Shown here: positions 20,337 through 30,570 of the stretch, one piece after another
Numbering within the stretch: the first letter of the stretch is position 1
Layout: every line of letters begins with the position of its first letter
Virus record (IMG/VR): IMGVR_UViG_3300013121_000012
Span: 21,427 to 85,426 of that record
Length of the DNA stretch: 64,000 bases
From: a virus
Taxonomy: Duplodnaviria; Heunggongvirae; Uroviricota; Caudoviricetes
Strand: one strand, 5' to 3'
The notes under the pieces: model-generated
Told to the model about the DNA's origin: nothing
Databases searched by the model: none
What the model saw: the letters and a program-made list of their open reading frames with translations, nothing else
Made by a program: the position numbers and the translations under genes

Positions 20337-21065
20337 GTGATCATTTATAAAGTCACAAACAAATTAAATAGCAAAATTTACATTGGTTATACGACGAAGT
20401 CCTTAGAAGAACGTCGACGTACGCACATATTAGGATCAAAATATCATACTTATTTTTCTCTTTTTTATAGTGCTATTCGCAAATATGGCATTGATAATTT
20501 TATTTGGGAAATTATAGACGAAGCGACGACAATCAAAGAAGCCGAAGATAAAGAAATTTTCTGGATTAATAAGTTATGTTCATGTAGCCCTTCGATCGGG
20601 TATAATATTACAAGAGGAGGAACTGGTGGAGATACCATAAGTAATCATCCTAACAAAAAACAAATTATTGAAAAACGGATCGCGAAAATTAACGGAGACA
20701 AGAATTATCAATGGAAAAACATTGATACAGACTATCTATATGAATGCGCAAAACAAGGAAGAACACTCAAAAGTGTTTGCGAAGAATTAAAATTAAACAA
20801 GAAAATCCTAAGAGACAGATTCAAAAAAACTTTTGGAGTCAATTACATAGATGTGTTCGAAAAACACGGTCACAATTTTCACAAGACTGAAAGAATCAAA
20901 ATTAATGATCTTGTTGAAAAAGTCGAAGACTACATAAAGAAAGGATTCGAGCGAGACAAAATAGCGGAATTTCTCAACCTCTCAGTTCCTGGATTCAAAT
21001 TGAAACTTAAAAGAGAAAACACGTCATATAGAAAAATCAAACAACTCGCTCTCCAGGAAATATAG
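20337..21065 (+). CDS. GIY-YIG homing endonuclease
   Basis: N-terminal IYKVTN...IYIGYT...R; it also has a C-terminal DNA-binding region. Confidence 0.7.
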   Translation: MIIYKVTNKLNSKIYIGYTTKSLEERRRTHILGSKYHTYFSLFYSAIRKYGIDNFIWEIIDEATTIKEAEDKEIFWINKLCSCSPSIGYNITRGGTGGDTISNHPNKKQIIEKRIAKINGDKNYQWKNIDTDYLYECAKQGRTLKSVCEELKLNKKILRDRFKKTFGVNYIDVFEKHGHNFHKTERIKINDLVEKVEDYIKKGFERDKIAEFLNLSVPGFKLKLKRENTSYRKIKQLALQEI

Positions 21066-21068
21066 ACT

Positions 21069-21464
21069 ATGAAAAAATTTTTACTAGTTATCCTTTGCAA
21101 TGTGTTCATGTCTTGTGCACTATTGCAACCAAAAACAGATCCTGTCGAACCAAGAAACGAAATGGCAGATCTTGTTATTAAGCTAATTGACAACGTAGAC
21201 AACGTGTCAACTATTTCTGAACTCTCTCTTAAAGAACCAACAGAAACAGAAAAGCGCAAGAAAATCGTATACAGAATTCAGTCAAGAACAAGAACATATG
21301 ATGCTCGCTGCGAACTTGAAATCATTTTCTTTGGTGATTCAAAGAGATATGTATTCAAGATTGAGAAGATCAATTTAAGTCAAGATGGAAGAATGGCGCA
21401 AGTTCTTGAAATCAAGACTTCTTCTAAGCAAGAATTGGTCTCGCTAATAAGAGATAATTTCTAA
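21069..21464 (+). CDS. putative lipoprotein
   Basis: Signal peptide MKKFLLVILCNVFMSC with a lipobox-like Cys. Confidence 0.45.
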   Translation: MKKFLLVILCNVFMSCALLQPKTDPVEPRNEMADLVIKLIDNVDNVSTISELSLKEPTETEKRKKIVYRIQSRTRTYDARCELEIIFFGDSKRYVFKIEKINLSQDGRMAQVLEIKTSSKQELVSLIRDNF

Positions 21465-21530
21465 TTAGCTCCATTTACAGGATGTCTGTTGCGCTCTATA
21501 ATACAATAGCTAAAGTGCTATAGGAGCAAC

Positions 21531-21842
21531 ATGTCAATACAAGAACAATTACCAACAACATTCGCCCACGAACTTCAGTCGGCAGGAGTAAAAGTCATTA
21601 CTGAGAGACTTTCTTCAACAGGGAAGTATCACGAAATCGTGATTCAAGATACGCTAGAAGCAAGGAAAGCTTTTATGCGAACAGTCAAAAAAACCATGGT
21701 AAACAATGGCGTCGATTCGATGTATGATACACTCAGCAAGAAGACGTATCATTGCAAGCGACACCTCGTGAAGATCGGAGAAGACATAAAAGAATTCTTC
21801 GGAACTCGCACGATTCTCATTCCTTGGGCAGTCGTAGATTAA
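21531..21842 (+). CDS. hypothetical protein
   Basis: Preceded by a CCATTTACA-N17-TATAAT promoter and RBS aggag. Confidence 0.4.
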   Translation: MSIQEQLPTTFAHELQSAGVKVITERLSSTGKYHEIVIQDTLEARKAFMRTVKKTMVNNGVDSMYDTLSKKTYHCKRHLVKIGEDIKEFFGTRTILIPWAVVD

Positions 21843-21876
21843 CATGAAGTAAGGACAATCCAAGCATATAATAATT

Positions 21877-22197
21877 ATGCTTGGAAAGCCCTCGAATCAC
21901 ATCACTACATTAGACGACATAAAAGGTTGGCTCCTTCAGTGGAGACTAAACCGCATAGTCAGATTCTTCAACAAAGAGTTAGATGTCACACTAAATTCCG
22001 TCACCGTCTCAGAAGATTCAAAAGCTTTCATTCTCGTATTCAGAAAAACACCCCAATCATTTTTAGAACTAACAGTGTCAAATATACACAAGTTTGCATG
22101 GCAATATGAGTGGAATATCGCCTCTCCAGGCTTTCAGACATCCATAAAGTCCGAATCGTACAAAGACTTCTCAAAAGCAATCCTTAAAATACTATAA
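21877..22197 (+). CDS. hypothetical protein
   Basis: ORF. Confidence 0.35.
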   Translation: MLGKPSNHITTLDDIKGWLLQWRLNRIVRFFNKELDVTLNSVTVSEDSKAFILVFRKTPQSFLELTVSNIHKFAWQYEWNIASPGFQTSIKSESYKDFSKAILKIL

Positions 22198-22227
22198 TCT
22201 GGCTTACCTGAAAATATAAAATGAGCC

Positions 22228-23580
22228 ATGATACGTTATCTCGATATCTCATTCCCACTTACGTCAATTGAAAAAAACGTAATCACAGTTCCGTTCAAAA
22301 TAATCTATCAGACACCATCAAAAGCATTAGAATCTAGATTGGCAGAAAAATACCCTGATCTAGTCACAATGTCAGGCTATAATGCCGAGCAACTCAAACG
22401 ACTTCTGGTCATGAAGAAAGAAATCCAGAACGGACTGACTCCTTCGGATATCGATGAGATTCATAATGTGTTCTATGAAAAGTACTTCTTAGATCCAATC
22501 CAGAAAACAGACAATGTCACAAAAATAAAACTGACAGCATTTGACTGCAAGATGTGGACGGACGAAGAGCCGTATCTCGAAATCAATGGAGAGATTTCTG
22601 CAGACATCGACGAGATGTTTCAAAAGTTATATCTGAGAAAGAAGATCATAGTAAAGAAAGACATGAAGTCTTTCAAGCAAACGGTCACATTAAAACTCAT
22701 ATCACATTTGCCTTTGATATACATATTCGATAAGCCCACATTTCTATTCTCGTTCTTCTTTAATAACATCTTCCTTAAGTCCATAGACAAGAGAGGGACA
22801 TTCTGGAATACAAAAATGCGTACGCAGTTCAAGGTTAAGAACTTCGAAAAAGCAGAAAAGAGTTTTGAGTTTATCGGTTTCAATCAGATCACAATCAAGA
22901 TTCTAGACTTCGGAACGAATCTCATGAATAAGATTTCGAATAACAAACTAGAGACCGGAGTATTAGCGATGATGGCATTAGGAATGGTAAGAAACAGACA
23001 TATGTATGGTGAGGCCGCTACTCCTGGAAAAACTGCAGTTATTACTTATGGAAGATTTAACCCAGTAACAAGAGGACATGAAAAAGTTTTCGATATAATT
23101 AATGCCCAAGCTACAAAAGCAAATGGAGACATGATTGTATTCGCATCTCCATCAGAAGGAGACTCAAAGAATCCAATTAGTTTCTCGACAAAAATCAAAC
23201 TCATTAAAGAACTAATACCACGATATTCAAAATCATTTAGCCCAAAGAAGTTCACATCATTTATAGATATTCTTGTCTACCTATACAAAATGGGATATAA
23301 GAATATAGTCATCGTCGTCGGTTCGGACAGAATTAAGAGCATCAAGACTTTATCTAATAACTACAATGGGATCAGAGGAAAAGCTCATGGATTCTATAAG
23401 TTCGATACGATCAAAGTAGTATCGTCTGGATCAAGAGATGATGACGCAATCAGCGGAACACAGATGAGAGAGTGGGCGGCGAAGAACAATATACAGAAAT
23501 TCAAATCTGGTCTTCCTTCGGGAGCAACGCTTAAACAAGCAAAATATATAATGAATATGATTCGCGAAGGCAGTAAATGA
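22228..23580 (+). CDS. two-domain protein with C-terminal HxGH nucleotidyltransferase (NMNAT/cytidylyltransferase-like) domain
   Basis: ITYGRFNPVTRGHEKV is the (H/T)xGH motif of the nucleotidylyltransferase superfamily. The N-terminal ~230 aa are unknown. Confidence 0.45.
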   Translation: MIRYLDISFPLTSIEKNVITVPFKIIYQTPSKALESRLAEKYPDLVTMSGYNAEQLKRLLVMKKEIQNGLTPSDIDEIHNVFYEKYFLDPIQKTDNVTKIKLTAFDCKMWTDEEPYLEINGEISADIDEMFQKLYLRKKIIVKKDMKSFKQTVTLKLISHLPLIYIFDKPTFLFSFFFNNIFLKSIDKRGTFWNTKMRTQFKVKNFEKAEKSFEFIGFNQITIKILDFGTNLMNKISNNKLETGVLAMMALGMVRNRHMYGEAATPGKTAVITYGRFNPVTRGHEKVFDIINAQATKANGDMIVFASPSEGDSKNPISFSTKIKLIKELIPRYSKSFSPKKFTSFIDILVYLYKMGYKNIVIVVGSDRIKSIKTLSNNYNGIRGKAHGFYKFDTIKVVSSGSRDDDAISGTQMREWAAKNNIQKFKSGLPSGATLKQAKYIMNMIREGSK

Positions 23581-24818
23581 AGAGCAGACTTTTAGACGCA
23601 GCAAACTTTTATACGGAAGGCGGAGCAAGTGGCCACCTATCACATATTCACGATGAATTGGATTTGACTTTCGCACAGCTAAAAGACATGATCAGAAAAA
23701 TGTCCGAAGGCAAAGTAAAGACTATCGAAAAAGTTGACGGTCAGAATATTTGGATTACATATAAGAATGGAGTTGTAAAAGCGGCTCGTAACTCTGGTGA
23801 TCTTAAAACAGATGGAATGACTCTTAAAGAACTGCTTCAAAAATTTGCAGGAAGAGGTTCTGTCAAACAAGCTTTTGGCAGAGGAATGATTGGATTCATA
23901 CGACTGATAAAGTCTTCTAAAGTAATGCAAGATGCATTCAATGTTGGAGACGATACTCTGTGGATCAACGCAGAGATTATGTTCAGCGATAACGCAAACA
24001 TTCTTCTTTATGATGGAAATAATCTTGTACTACATAATGCAAAGATATTCGATAAACAGAAGGGAGAAGCTATTGAAACTCCGGATTCAAAAGCACGCTT
24101 CACTAAGATTGAATCGGAAGCAAAGAAAGTAAAACAAATCAAGGGTTGGAATGTATTCGGTAATATCGCGGTCAATCTCAGAACATTTGATCCAACTCCT
24201 GCAATAAACGAACTCAATACATTTATGAAAACGTGGAATCTTAAGGAGTCAAATAGTCTCCTTGATTACATACGTGTAGCAATAGAGAATTCACATCTTA
24301 CAGAATCATTCAGAGGGAATCAAGCTGTTACGGATTTCTTAGTAAAGAAGATGAGCGGCGAAACAGTACCTAACGTAAACGTTCTGAAGAAATCGGTATC
24401 ACCAACTCAAGCAAAAGAACTAAGTAAACTTAACGCAGACATATTCAAGATAAAGAAAGAAGTGCTAACTCCAATCGAAAGTTTGCTTCACGACGTTTCT
24501 GTATTAGCTTTGTCGGGTGTTCATAGCGCTCTTATTCAAAAACCTATGGAAGAACTCGAAAGACTCAAATCAGAAAGTGTTAAGTTGCTTTCAAGTAATA
24601 TTGATGAAACAAAATCTCAGAAGATCATGCATCAGATGAGTAAAATCGTTGGAAAGAATATCAGATCCATTGGTCCAAACAACATCAATGCTGTCATTAA
24701 AAGCCTAGACTCAGCAATCGAAGGCGTAGTATTTCAATATGATGATAAACTGCTGAAAATTACCGGGAACTTCGCGCCATTAAATCAGATACTTGGCGCA
24801 ATAAAATATTCAAGATAG
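23577..24818 (+). CDS. possible ligase-like nucleotidyltransferase
   Basis: EKVDGQN (motif I KxDG), EGVVFQ (motif IV-like) and KLLKITG (motif V-like). The spacing is plausible, but the call rests on short motifs only. Confidence 0.3.
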   Translation: MKSRLLDAANFYTEGGASGHLSHIHDELDLTFAQLKDMIRKMSEGKVKTIEKVDGQNIWITYKNGVVKAARNSGDLKTDGMTLKELLQKFAGRGSVKQAFGRGMIGFIRLIKSSKVMQDAFNVGDDTLWINAEIMFSDNANILLYDGNNLVLHNAKIFDKQKGEAIETPDSKARFTKIESEAKKVKQIKGWNVFGNIAVNLRTFDPTPAINELNTFMKTWNLKESNSLLDYIRVAIENSHLTESFRGNQAVTDFLVKKMSGETVPNVNVLKKSVSPTQAKELSKLNADIFKIKKEVLTPIESLLHDVSVLALSGVHSALIQKPMEELERLKSESVKLLSSNIDETKSQKIMHQMSKIVGKNIRSIGPNNINAVIKSLDSAIEGVVFQYDDKLLKITGNFAPLNQILGAIKYSR

Positions 24819-24825
24819 GAATCAA

Positions 24826-25614
24826 ATGGAATTCAAAGTAGAAGATAAAGAACAAGCAAATACGCTATTTAAGTTTTTTGAGAAGTGGTATATGGAGAGC
24901 GTGGCGAGTGACGCGCACGAAGAAGAATTGCGTAAAGGACTTCGCAAATTCAAGAAGTTAATTGTCAAGGCGCCAAAGAACACAAAATACTCGGACATCT
25001 TTGTGTCATCAGGTAATAAGAGTGCTTGGATTGAAGTAAAAATGAATCACAGTGATAATCTTCCAAACCCGCGTTTCTTCTATGATGGCAGCAAATGGGG
25101 AAGTACATATGACACTCCCGCGGCAAAGATCATGGTGAAACTATTGAATGAATCTCCAGAATCAAAGAAGTTCATTAATGAAATCAAGACATTCACAAAA
25201 GTAAAGAACCCAAAAATGGGAAGTGGATTTGATAAATCTGATCCATCATATATCGGATTAGATAAACTGCAAAAGTTTTTTGCTAAACGTAACGATCAGT
25301 ACTTCTTTAGAAAAGAGGGAGTAGATGTAGCAAAGATTGTTGCGGCGCACTATACATCTGGTAAAGCGGAACCCGCACAGTATATCCAAACTGGTGATGA
25401 TTTCTACTTGTTTGGACCGAGTAATCCGATGGGACTGCCTGCCGGAATACCTGTATTAAAAGGAAAAGGAAACGTGAAGGCGAGATTCTCAATGAGAAGC
25501 GGATCATATGAGATTCAAGCGGAAATCAAATTCGATCCAAAAACAATACAACATTCTGCTTATTCGATCCTTCCTGGTTCCAAAAAGAAGAACCCTTTCG
25601 AAAAGTATCGTTAA
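24826..25614 (+). CDS. hypothetical protein
   Basis: ORF. Confidence 0.35.
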   Translation: MEFKVEDKEQANTLFKFFEKWYMESVASDAHEEELRKGLRKFKKLIVKAPKNTKYSDIFVSSGNKSAWIEVKMNHSDNLPNPRFFYDGSKWGSTYDTPAAKIMVKLLNESPESKKFINEIKTFTKVKNPKMGSGFDKSDPSYIGLDKLQKFFAKRNDQYFFRKEGVDVAKIVAAHYTSGKAEPAQYIQTGDDFYLFGPSNPMGLPAGIPVLKGKGNVKARFSMRSGSYEIQAEIKFDPKTIQHSAYSILPGSKKKNPFEKYR

Positions 25615-25632
25615 GAGAGCGAAATATAAAAT

Positions 25633-27342
25633 ATGCATAATATCTTTGAATCAGACATTAGAGGCTATCTAGAAGCCAGTTTCTCTACAGACCAGACTAA
25701 AAGAGCTTTCAAAAACATCATCTCTTTAGTATCAAGAAAGGTCGGAAAGAAATTTATGGGTGGTATGGTGCCACTCAAATTCAAAAGAAAAGGCGATAAC
25801 CTATATGGTTACACTTACTACACTGATAACAAAGCTGTTCGATTCAATCTTTCAGCTTCTGGTGGATCAACAGAGATATTATCAGTAGACGTATGGACTT
25901 CTCCTGCGATGAAACCACAATTGATGGCGGACATTAAAGGGCAAGGACTAAACCTAGTACAGACAGTCAACCTAGTTACTCAAATGCTTAAAGGCAGAAA
26001 GGGCGAGATCGAAGTAGATAAAGAAGCTTCTGCTGGAATGGACGAAGATCCATTCATGAATAAACGCTCGTCTAAAGATGCAGAAGAAATGGCTGCAACT
26101 CATGAAGATTCAGAGTATGAATACAGATATATTAACCTCGGCGAAACTGTCGAGATGGTCAACGAAGCCCGTGGAAGAAAACCAGTAAGACGCATTCGTG
26201 TAAAAGTTAAAAAAGGAAAAGATAAAGAAGAACAAGCTCAAGCTCCTTCTCGTCCAGGAAGAGGTGGCAAACGTGTAAGTGTCCGTGCAGCTTATGATGA
26301 AGTAAGTGAACTAGAACAAAAATTCCAAAGCAATCCATTATTCGGAAGAGCTGGTGTAGAATCATTCGATCAGATCGAAGCATTCGTAAAATCAGTTATC
26401 AAATTCCGCAGAACAGGTCTCTTAATTACCGGAGATCCTGGTGTTGGTAAGACATTTACTGTTCAGAAGATGCTAGATAAATCTGGCGTTCGATATGAAG
26501 AATTCAAAGGTAATATCAAGTCAGCAACGAACCTATACTCGTTACTTTTCGATAACAACGATCCAGATAAAATCCTAGTCTTTGACGACTGCGACTCAGT
26601 ACTTCAAGATGAAGCACAAACAGAAATCCTCAAAGGTGCTCTCGATGATAAGAAGATCCGATTGATTTCTTATATCGCTAAAAACCTTATGACTCCAGAA
26701 GAATACGTAAAGTATCTCATTTCTGAGGGAGATAAGAAAGGTGCGATCGCATATGCTCAAAGTGTTAAATTAGAAAATGATCCTAAGATCAAGAAAGCTC
26801 TGTTGAAACGATCCACATTTGAAGATGTTATGGGTGGCGGAATTGAATCTGCCTTTGACTACTTCGAAGCAAAAGTCGTAGATGATACAGACGATGAAGA
26901 GGAAGCTCCAGAAGAAGATGATGAACCAGCTATGAAAGTTCGTGGCGCAGGTGCAAAACTTCCTATGCCAAACAAGTTCGCTTATGTCGGACGTATGATT
27001 GTTATTTCAAACCTATATCAATCAAGTATTCCAGGTGCATTACGTACACGTTTGAATCCTGTTGAATTAGATTTGACTCCAAAAGAAATTATGACTCGCA
27101 TCAAAGATGTTAACCTATCGATTGGTGGAGCATCAAAACAAGATATACAAAAAGTCTGGAACTTCATCAACAATGAAGTCTCAGAATACCTAAACAAAAT
27201 GGACTTCAGATCATTTGCTAACGCAGTTAAAGTTTATCTTGACCTCGACGGTAAAGGTCCATGGAAAAAGTGGGTTGGAACATCGCTCGTCAATACGTTC
27301 GGTAAATTTGGCGGAGCAACTGGTAAGAAAAAGAAACGTTAA
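25633..27342 (+). CDS. P-loop ATPase (AAA-like)
   Basis: Walker A GDPGVGKT and Walker B ILVFDDCD. Confidence 0.5.
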   Translation: MHNIFESDIRGYLEASFSTDQTKRAFKNIISLVSRKVGKKFMGGMVPLKFKRKGDNLYGYTYYTDNKAVRFNLSASGGSTEILSVDVWTSPAMKPQLMADIKGQGLNLVQTVNLVTQMLKGRKGEIEVDKEASAGMDEDPFMNKRSSKDAEEMAATHEDSEYEYRYINLGETVEMVNEARGRKPVRRIRVKVKKGKDKEEQAQAPSRPGRGGKRVSVRAAYDEVSELEQKFQSNPLFGRAGVESFDQIEAFVKSVIKFRRTGLLITGDPGVGKTFTVQKMLDKSGVRYEEFKGNIKSATNLYSLLFDNNDPDKILVFDDCDSVLQDEAQTEILKGALDDKKIRLISYIAKNLMTPEEYVKYLISEGDKKGAIAYAQSVKLENDPKIKKALLKRSTFEDVMGGGIESAFDYFEAKVVDDTDDEEEAPEEDDEPAMKVRGAGAKLPMPNKFAYVGRMIVISNLYQSSIPGALRTRLNPVELDLTPKEIMTRIKDVNLSIGGASKQDIQKVWNFINNEVSEYLNKMDFRSFANAVKVYLDLDGKGPWKKWVGTSLVNTFGKFGGATGKKKKR

Positions 27343-27343
27343 T

Positions 27344-27970
27344 ATGATTAAGAGATTACTAGCAGAATCATCAGCGAAAGAATTCGGACCTGAAAAAGCT
27401 ATCATTGGTTTCACAATCAACTTGTGGTCAGTGATTGATGAGACCGATAAGGTCATGAAGAAAGACGCGACTGTATTAGTTCGTGCAAATTCTGTAGACG
27501 AGTTCATAAAGAATCTCGATGATGCCTGTGAGAAAATAGCAAAAGCTCCATTAGGAGAAGAAGCAGAGAAAACAATCCGTGCAAAATTAACTCCTCTTGT
27601 AAACGCATTTAAGAAGCAAGAACTTCAGAAAATGAAAACATCAGGAAAATTCCACGAAGAGTCTTTCCTAGAAGGTTGGAATTGGGCATACGATGATGAC
27701 CCTAAAGACATAAAACGATATGTAGCTAAAGAATCAAAAGCTATGATCAAGAAGTTCACAGGCAAAGATGTAAAAGTTATTGCATATAAACAAGATCCTG
27801 GTTATGGTTATCAGAATGTTTACATGGTAATTTTTGAAACCGGAAAAACGACGGGTATGTGTATTGCTAACCTAAAAGAAAAGAAATTCATAGAAGAACC
27901 AGGTGACATCGAAGATTACGGCATGTCATTAGAAAAATTACAACAAAAATACAAATTCCAGAGGGTGTAA
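27344..27970 (+). CDS. hypothetical protein
   Basis: Start trimmed to the first ATG after the upstream stop (the track ORF began inside the previous gene). Confidence 0.4.
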   Translation: MIKRLLAESSAKEFGPEKAIIGFTINLWSVIDETDKVMKKDATVLVRANSVDEFIKNLDDACEKIAKAPLGEEAEKTIRAKLTPLVNAFKKQELQKMKTSGKFHEESFLEGWNWAYDDDPKDIKRYVAKESKAMIKKFTGKDVKVIAYKQDPGYGYQNVYMVIFETGKTTGMCIANLKEKKFIEEPGDIEDYGMSLEKLQQKYKFQRV

Positions 27971-27971
27971 T

Positions 27972-28199
27972 ATGAAATCATTAGAATCAAATCTTGACTC
28001 AGTACTCAAAAACATCTATTCCGAGGAAGCAGGAAAACGTCCCTCCAAAGAAGATATTGAGAAATTCAAAGAATTCAGAAAGACATACATAGAAACCTTC
28101 AACAAGGTACAAAAAAGATTCATGGAAGGCGAACTAAGCTTCTTTGACATCGAAATGGAATTTGGCCGCTTTCAAAAAGAAACATACACAGATTTTTAG
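27972..28199 (+). CDS. hypothetical small protein
   Basis: ORF. Confidence 0.3.
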   Translation: MKSLESNLDSVLKNIYSEEAGKRPSKEDIEKFKEFRKTYIETFNKVQKRFMEGELSFFDIEMEFGRFQKETYTDF

Positions 28200-28209
28200 C
28201 CAAACGCCA

Positions 28210-28238
28210 TTTACAAAAAATCACTTAAAAGTTATAAT
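28210..28238 (+). promoter_or_regulatory. sigma70-like promoter (TTTACA-N17-TATAAT) with conserved CGCCAT upstream
   Basis: One member of the recurring CCATTTACAA...TATAAT family. Confidence 0.55.
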
Positions 28239-28432
28239 AGTCTACGAGTGCCGGTTGCAACGGCAAGACGTAGTTGCACCCTGTCAAACCTGTTGAAAGG
28301 AAGCGCTTGGTACGCAGTCAGCAGTAAACTCTAGAACACACATAACAAAATAATGTCAGCTGTGAGTGGCTGGAATACGGTTCGAAACGTAAACTCAAAT
28401 GAATATTCCTATGTGTGTCCGATCGCAATACT

Positions 28433-28567
28433 ATGAAAATTAATAAAGTCAAAATTGTCAAGCGTGTATCACGCAAAGCATTTTCTGGAAAGAAGATGGT
28501 TGTCAAAGCACACAAAAGCAAAAAGGCTTACACTCGTAAAGTGAAGCATAAGGGAGAAAACAAATGA
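28433..28567 (+). CDS. small Lys-rich basic protein (44 aa)
   Basis: ATG...TGA ORF below the track threshold, downstream of the promoter and a ~180-nt structured leader. Confidence 0.3.
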   Translation: MKINKVKIVKRVSRKAFSGKKMVVKAHKSKKAYTRKVKHKGENK

Positions 28568-28636
28568 TTGATAACGCATTACGTTTTGTAATTTACGCAA
28601 TCGGTGTCGTAATCATAAATCTCATAATGGGATAAC

Positions 28637-29224
28637 ATGGAAGACACGGTAATCAAAAGCACTTTCGCTGAGGAAGTTTCTCACGCGATCAAGAAATACA
28701 AAGAGCATGAAAAAGCTATCAAAGCAATTCGTCTCAAAGTAAATAACTCGATACGTGTATATGGAAAAGCATCATACAAGCTTACTCCAGGTTACCGCAA
28801 ATTCCGAATTGCAATCTCACGCGTGATGAACCACAAAAATCCTGATCAGTTGGTCGATACAGTGAAGCATGAACTTGCTCATATAGTCGATGCATTGATC
28901 CGCGGCAAAAGCAATCATGATGATCATTGGAAGGAAGTCGCTGAAACTCTTGGCGCTCGTCCAGTCGCAACTGCAAAAATGGCCAACCGCACAGAAGTGA
29001 TTTCTACACACGTGCGGACACGCCGTCAGACATTCCACGCTTACGAGTGTGCATGTATGATACGTTGTCATAAGCGTGCTAAGAAAGATGAGACTCGCCA
29101 TCGTGGCGAAGCCACAAATCTCGGTTGCAGAAAATGCAAAGAAAATCTCGTCTATGTTGGAACAGCACATGTCGAGAAGTGGAAAGAATACGCTGATGAA
29201 AAGAAAAAGGAAATGACTATATGA
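28637..29224 (+). CDS. SprT-like zinc metalloprotease domain protein
   Basis: HELAH (HExxH) followed by a Cys-rich zinc ribbon. Confidence 0.45.
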   Translation: MEDTVIKSTFAEEVSHAIKKYKEHEKAIKAIRLKVNNSIRVYGKASYKLTPGYRKFRIAISRVMNHKNPDQLVDTVKHELAHIVDALIRGKSNHDDHWKEVAETLGARPVATAKMANRTEVISTHVRTRRQTFHAYECACMIRCHKRAKKDETRHRGEATNLGCRKCKENLVYVGTAHVEKWKEYADEKKKEMTI

Positions 29225-29415
29225 TGCCCTATGTTCCACCTCCAATAAGACATCCTCAAAAACCAGTCGAAGTATCAATTGATGCTGCGATTAAAGGAGG
29301 AGAAGAGGCTATCGGAATAATTGTAATATCCTTCATTTTGTTTTTTCTTGGAATCACAGGATTCTACTGGTTAACAAGATTGGTTGATTATTTCCTAAAA
29401 TCAAAAGGCTGGTAA
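29221..29415 (+). CDS. small membrane protein
   Basis: Hydrophobic TM segment. Confidence 0.35.
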   Translation: MMPYVPPPIRHPQKPVEVSIDAAIKGGEEAIGIIVISFILFFLGITGFYWLTRLVDYFLKSKGW

Positions 29416-29556
29416 TCATGATTTCCCCTATCGGCGTAATTGCTTTTCTGCAACAACAACGTCAACGACGCGACGAAGAAGAACGTCAGCGTCGTAAGAC
29501 TAATGAACTCATTGAAAAAATGAAACTCAAAGAAATCTCGAAAAGGAAAGAAGAAA

Positions 29557-29901
29557 ATGATAAGTCCTCTTGATCTTGCAGTCATTACACGTAAACAAGA
29601 AAATGTCGTTAATGCTTCCGAATCCTATTGGGATAAGATTGAACCACAACTCGAAAAAGCATTTGTCGATGCGGCAAAAATAGGACGTCACGAAATCTTT
29701 TTCGAAGTCCAGAAAGAATTCAAAGTTCATGTTGCATCTCGATTAATGAATATGGGTTATCGTCTGGATTACGATCCTTTGAATAAAAATTCTCATATTC
29801 TGAAAATCTCATGGGGAAATAAACTCATGGAAGCTTCAAGAAAAATCTATATGGAAGAACATGTGTGCGAATGCACACATTGTAAAAGGACAATGAAATG
29901 A
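29557..29901 (+). CDS. hypothetical protein
   Basis: ORF. Confidence 0.35.
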   Translation: MISPLDLAVITRKQENVVNASESYWDKIEPQLEKAFVDAAKIGRHEIFFEVQKEFKVHVASRLMNMGYRLDYDPLNKNSHILKISWGNKLMEASRKIYMEEHVCECTHCKRTMK

Positions 29902-30344
29902 TCATCACAGGAAACGATCTCTCTTTTGCTTTGGTTGCAATGAGTGACGCAACATCTTATTATCAAGAGAAAGCGGAAAACTATAAAAAACAAAAAGGGC
30001 TAAAAGGAAAAAAGCGTCTGATCCAATATGCATTGGAAAACGCGGAGAAAGCCGAAGCTCTTACACAAGCAATTCGAAAAGCCTGTTGGGGAGGAATTAC
30101 ATTCATGAAAAAACTCTTACTCATTGCAACTCTTTTTGCAATCTCCTGTTCAAAAGAAGAAAGCGATCGTCTCGTAAATGACTGTATTAAAAGTCATACG
30201 GAAGCCATGATCACGACAACTCTCGATGCATCAGGAAATCCTCAAATGACAACAACTTGGGTTGATGTCTGTGATCAATACGAATTACGTGTCATCATCA
30301 ATAAACGTAAGTATCGTTTCAAAATTACCGGAGAGGCAAAATAA
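29898..30344 (+). CDS. hypothetical; C-terminal part (from 30105) looks like a lipoprotein (MKKLLLIATLFAISCS)
   Basis: An internal signal peptide plus lipobox; the real start may be 30105. Confidence 0.35.
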   Translation: MIITGNDLSFALVAMSDATSYYQEKAENYKKQKGLKGKKRLIQYALENAEKAEALTQAIRKACWGGITFMKKLLLIATLFAISCSKEESDRLVNDCIKSHTEAMITTTLDASGNPQMTTTWVDVCDQYELRVIINKRKYRFKITGEAK

Positions 30345-30345
30345 C

Positions 30346-30567
30346 ATGACAGTCCTCGATCTCGATCCATCCACTCCGAAATACGACGCTAAGAAAGCGA
30401 TCAATGAAATCGAATGGATGACGGATTACCTCGCGAGTCAAATCGAAGTAGAAGGAATCTCAAATTCTGCACGAATGAGTTACGCAAGAGAAATTAACAA
30501 GAAGAAGGACGAACTGATCGCCTACATCAAAAAACTCGAAGAGGAACGTTTCCTTCACGTAGAATAA
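30346..30567 (+). CDS. hypothetical small protein
   Basis: Start trimmed to the ATG after the upstream stop. Confidence 0.3.
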   Translation: MTVLDLDPSTPKYDAKKAINEIEWMTDYLASQIEVEGISNSARMSYAREINKKKDELIAYIKKLEEERFLHVE

Positions 30568-30570
30568 GAT

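Noticed and set aside
28318-28521. Minus-strand ORF 28318..28521.
   Set aside because: It is antisense to the promoter-driven leader and small basic ORF; it has no RBS and unusual codon usage.
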